A DNA stretch of 64,000 nucleotides, from positions 1-64,000 of the forward strand of contig DF236991.1 in NCBI GenBank assembly GCA_000708835.1. The letters run 5' to 3'. This document shows, piece after piece, positions 60,201-64,000 of this stretch (positions within the stretch are counted from its first letter, which is position 1; each line of letters begins with the position of its first letter). Origin of the DNA: Klebsormidium nitens. Taxonomy: Eukaryota > Plantae > Klebsormidiophyceae. The notes below the pieces were generated by a model, which searched no databases, was not told the origin of the DNA, and worked only from the letters and a program-made list of their open reading frames with translations. The position numbers and the translations under genes were made by a program.

Positions 60201-63200
60201 ACAAGAGCTATAAGCGGCACAGTGTTCGACAAACAAGCGGCGGTCGGACCCATGCCAGTCTTTGAAAACAGTGTCATAAGGTGTGCTTAAGAGTCGTACG
60301 TGACCTGCGGGTCTTCAAGACCAAAAGGGTTAATGTAGGAAAAGTGCATTTCCTAGCGCCTGGCAAGCACCTAATCGTTGAGTGCCGGGTAGCTTTACAA
60401 AAACTCGGAAAGAAGCAGACCAAGTCCTCAATCATTGTGTTCTCGTTGACTCGATAATGATGGCGACTCTAATAGAAACTCGTCCAGACCGTTTCAAATG
60501 CTGCAGATATTTTATTTTGAAGTTGAGTCGGTTCCCGAAACCAACAGAAACGTCTCAGGTGCCACTGTGCCACTGCAATCATGTCGAAACATTGGAACCG
60601 AATTCAATTACTTTTCAAAAGCAGATCCTGCCCACGGCTCAAGCGGCAACTGAAGCTGAGTTTTTGGGTGGGTTGTAAAGTGCCCACGGAACGACAATCA
60701 TCGCCACGAACGAAACATCAGGCACAAATTGCACATCAGGGTAATTGGGATAATACCGACGTGGTTTGGAAAGCGGTATGTGGCGAAGGGAACATCTCGG
60801 GCGTACAGAGCACATAATCATCTTAAGCATACCGCAGAATAAAAGCCGTTGGAATAATCCTACGTTCCGAGAACCCGAAAGCGCTGGAGGAGGTGCGAAA
60901 AGAAGTTTTGAATATACGTATACAATCCGTTTCCGATTGATGCCACGAAGCACTCAATCGACGACAACAGAACGTTCAGCCGGCTCAACGCTTTTACCCT
61001 GAAACACGGCCGCTTGATGGAAATAAATTGCTACGCACGAGGTTCGCTTTTGCGTTCCCGGTCATTGGGCTGCAGGGATCTGCTAGAAAAATCACTCAAG
61101 TTCCAGAATTACCGAAGCGCGCTCCCAAGCTTCCGATCCGACCGTCACCTGAGCGCTGGCCAAGAGGGTCTGCAAGCCAAAGAGCAGAGTGGCAGCAACT
61201 AAGCAGCAACTAGAAGCCTCATTTTCAAAAGACAGCCGCCACGTCTCAGCAGCGCTATGGCCCCGTCTTTCAGTACCGTCAGCATCCGAAGTCCACAGAA
61301 ATTCACCAGAAAAAGCTGAGGGTGTGGAAACTATTGGCGTCACGATCGACTAATCACTAGAGGCTTATCGCTTCCAAGGAAATTGCAGCCCAGAGCTGCG
61401 CCGCATATTGAGCAACGCAATGATCGGAGCGTCATCATGGCCTCGAAAGCTGAAACGACCTCACCAATATTCGCCTGGGGTGCGAGTCGGAATACTACGA
61501 TGACCACATCAGAAACAAAAGGCACGCCATAGCCTCTTGCAACTCGGCTTATCCAGGAGAAATTTCTGCAGAAGCCTTTGGCATACCTTGCTGCTGAATC
61601 CTGTCAGCGTCTCTATGGCTACTCATACCTCATATGCCAAATTTCACAATCGGAGCCGTAGAATGCTTGGTGGGCTTCTTTTTTTACATTCTTTCCAAGT
61701 TGCTCGATGAAAGAATACAAAGCCAGCTGAAGCTCTCCGCGCTTCAAAACATCCCTCACTTTAACGATTCTTTCGAATCGTTACAAAAAGCTCCGATGTT
61801 TTGTCAGGGCTCTGAAGAACTATCAAATCGTCCCGAAACGTTGAAAAGCTCTTTCGACTCTTCAGAAGTGATTGTGGCTGCGGATCCTGACTCAGCCAGG
61901 TGCTTCAACAGAATTATTTGGAGGACATGCATCACCAGTATCGGTGGCGTCCGAGTTCCAAGGCGGACATAGACCCGAGGAACGGATGCGCTCTCAAATG
62001 TCGTATATTCACCGCCACCACACTAGCACACTTCAATCAGACCCAAGTACAGCTAAGCAATCGGTCAGCACAATGGTAGAAACCGGCAGCTTTCGGATCC
62101 AGAAACGTACGAGACCCCTGGATGGAGTTACGTGACCAGCAAATCACTGAAACTATCGAAATTGGGTGGAAGGATCTGCCAGTCGGAAAGTATCCGAGGG
62201 TTCTCCGCATCCACTTGAAGTCCAGGAGCAGGAAAACAGTAGCACTCCATTGTAGTTGACAGGGTTTCTTATTTGGTGGGCAGGAAGAAACGTGTATTCG
62301 ACTACACGTGTGCTTTAAGTTCGAAGATGACAGTCCTGGAAAGATGCGGGCTTTGGGCGTGAACGCAGTTGAAGTGACATCCATATCCTCTCAGAGAGGA
62401 GTTGTCGTGGCTCATTTGGGTCCGTCCCTCTTGGAAACTGCCCTGGTAGTGGAAAGTGCCCACGGCACGACCTTCATCGCCGGTAGTACGTCATGGATAA
62501 ACATTGACCAAACAGAAAGGCCGTTGGGTACTTGGGCAGAGATCTGACGAGCGGCGAGATGAGAACTTTGGGGGGTACAAAGCACACGCGCCATCACCTC
62601 GAAATGGGAGAAGATGGTGGACGTCAACTCAATAACGCATTGATACTGGAGTCGTGAAGGAAGTATTAGAGTCGTAGGGAGCATGGACCGTTGCTACGTC
62701 TGCCTTACTGCTGGCCGCATGTCCGCTTTGTCTGGAGCGGTTTCCTTTCATTGCTTGCAGCATTGAAAACGAAGGCGCGCTCCGCTCTTGGAAAGTTTCC
62801 CACTTTTCCGCCAGAATGTTGAGTAAAAAGAAGCCCCATGTGGCAAACAGACTGGCCCCAGAATTGAGAGATCAAGGAGCGCGACCATCGACAGAACTTT
62901 TTTGCGTCCGACAAAACATCTTAGAATCTGGTATGTGGGCTATCGGTTGGTCGTGAAAGCAGGTGTCGCACAAGCGTTTCTTTCGCCAAAGGGTCCGTCA
63001 AATTTCAAGGGGCGGCTCTTAGCGGCGGCTTCGCAAAGCTATCACCAGTGGCATGTGGCAGCTTGAGAACGCTCCCACATATCGCCTCTTCATAGCCCCG
63101 TCGGAAGAGCCAGGAAGCGCTGAACAGTTACGAAAAAGGAACGAGAGGTGTCGGATGCGGATTCAAGCTCATTGTTTGCATCATTCTGACATGGCCGGCA

Positions 63201-64000
63201 AGAATTCCTCACAGAGAAGTTCCAGACTTTGAAGGGCGAGTGCCAACCGACGAGTAGATGGAGCTGACTGCTAAAACACTAATTTAACAAGGCATGGAAG
63301 GACATGCTTACAATCCCTCGAACGAATATTTCCGTTCATTGGTGGGAAACGATGGTGGTATTTTGATTTGAGTTTACTTCGGGGATGGTCTGGAAGACGA
63401 ATGACCTTATTCTAAATTTTCTCGCTGTGAGATAAATCGTGGCTCCCGTTGGTCAGACACCGTCATGATGGGACACTTGCCCAGTGGAAGTACGACGTTC
63501 ACGGCCGGCCACGGATAATACCCGTCAGGCACAAACTATGACGTAGTAAGAGGACGTGGGCGCCGCAGCTTTGTCAAAGCAGATAGCGACAGGAATTTAT
63601 TCGAGGCATACATGGCACACTTTCCAGCACAAATGATACAAAAATAACTTTTGAGACAAGTCCCCCACTATTAGATACCACGGCCGGAACGCGAAAAAAT
63701 GTTAAGAGTTGCTCGAGGCAGCTGTGTGGTTTCCCTGAAAGCGGGCACCCCGAATATTTGTTCAATATGAAGCGAGCAGCAACGTTTCCCTTTTAAGCTC
63801 CATGTAGTGATTTTTCGTGGTGCAGTTTTGATCGTTTGGAGAGGTTCCGCCGAGCCAGCACAATTTTGCGACCGGAAAGGGCCAATTGATGGACAAAGTG
63901 ATTGCAAATCCGGTCCTTCCCGGCCCCTTCAGTGGTACGTACAAGAACGAAGTGCCAGTGCACGTACCTCGCGGGGCCAGAAATATCGCTTGAGATTGAA

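Overview
Eukaryotic nuclear DNA with GT-AG introns and GC3-rich exons. The gene content (RBOH-like oxidase, expansin-like protein, flagellar DNAAF4, nad6 insert) points to a streptophyte green alga, probably Klebsormidium-like; this is an inference. In order, the window holds: (1) a 7-exon secreted protein of bacterial appearance (164-6579, -) whose introns carry a ~180-nt repeat parked at splice sites; (2) a mitochondrial nad6 fragment; (3) an intact Ty1/copia element with identical 250-bp LTRs, a 5-bp TSD and a half-tRNA-type PBS; (4) a decayed ORF; (5) an NADPH oxidase with no recognisable EF-hands; (6) DNAAF4/DYX1C1, EEF2KMT and a cyclophilin; (7) an uncharacterised disordered protein with a C-terminal TM helix; (8) an expansin-like gene; (9) an apparently decayed tail. 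The most unusual signals are degenerate copies of exon edges with their splice sites inside introns of at least three unrelated genes (a ~150-bp-period array in DNAAF4), the splice-site-associated repeat family, and a two-copy tRNA-like element with compensatory base changes. Exon models were built by hand from splice consensus and phase matching; no database searches were run.
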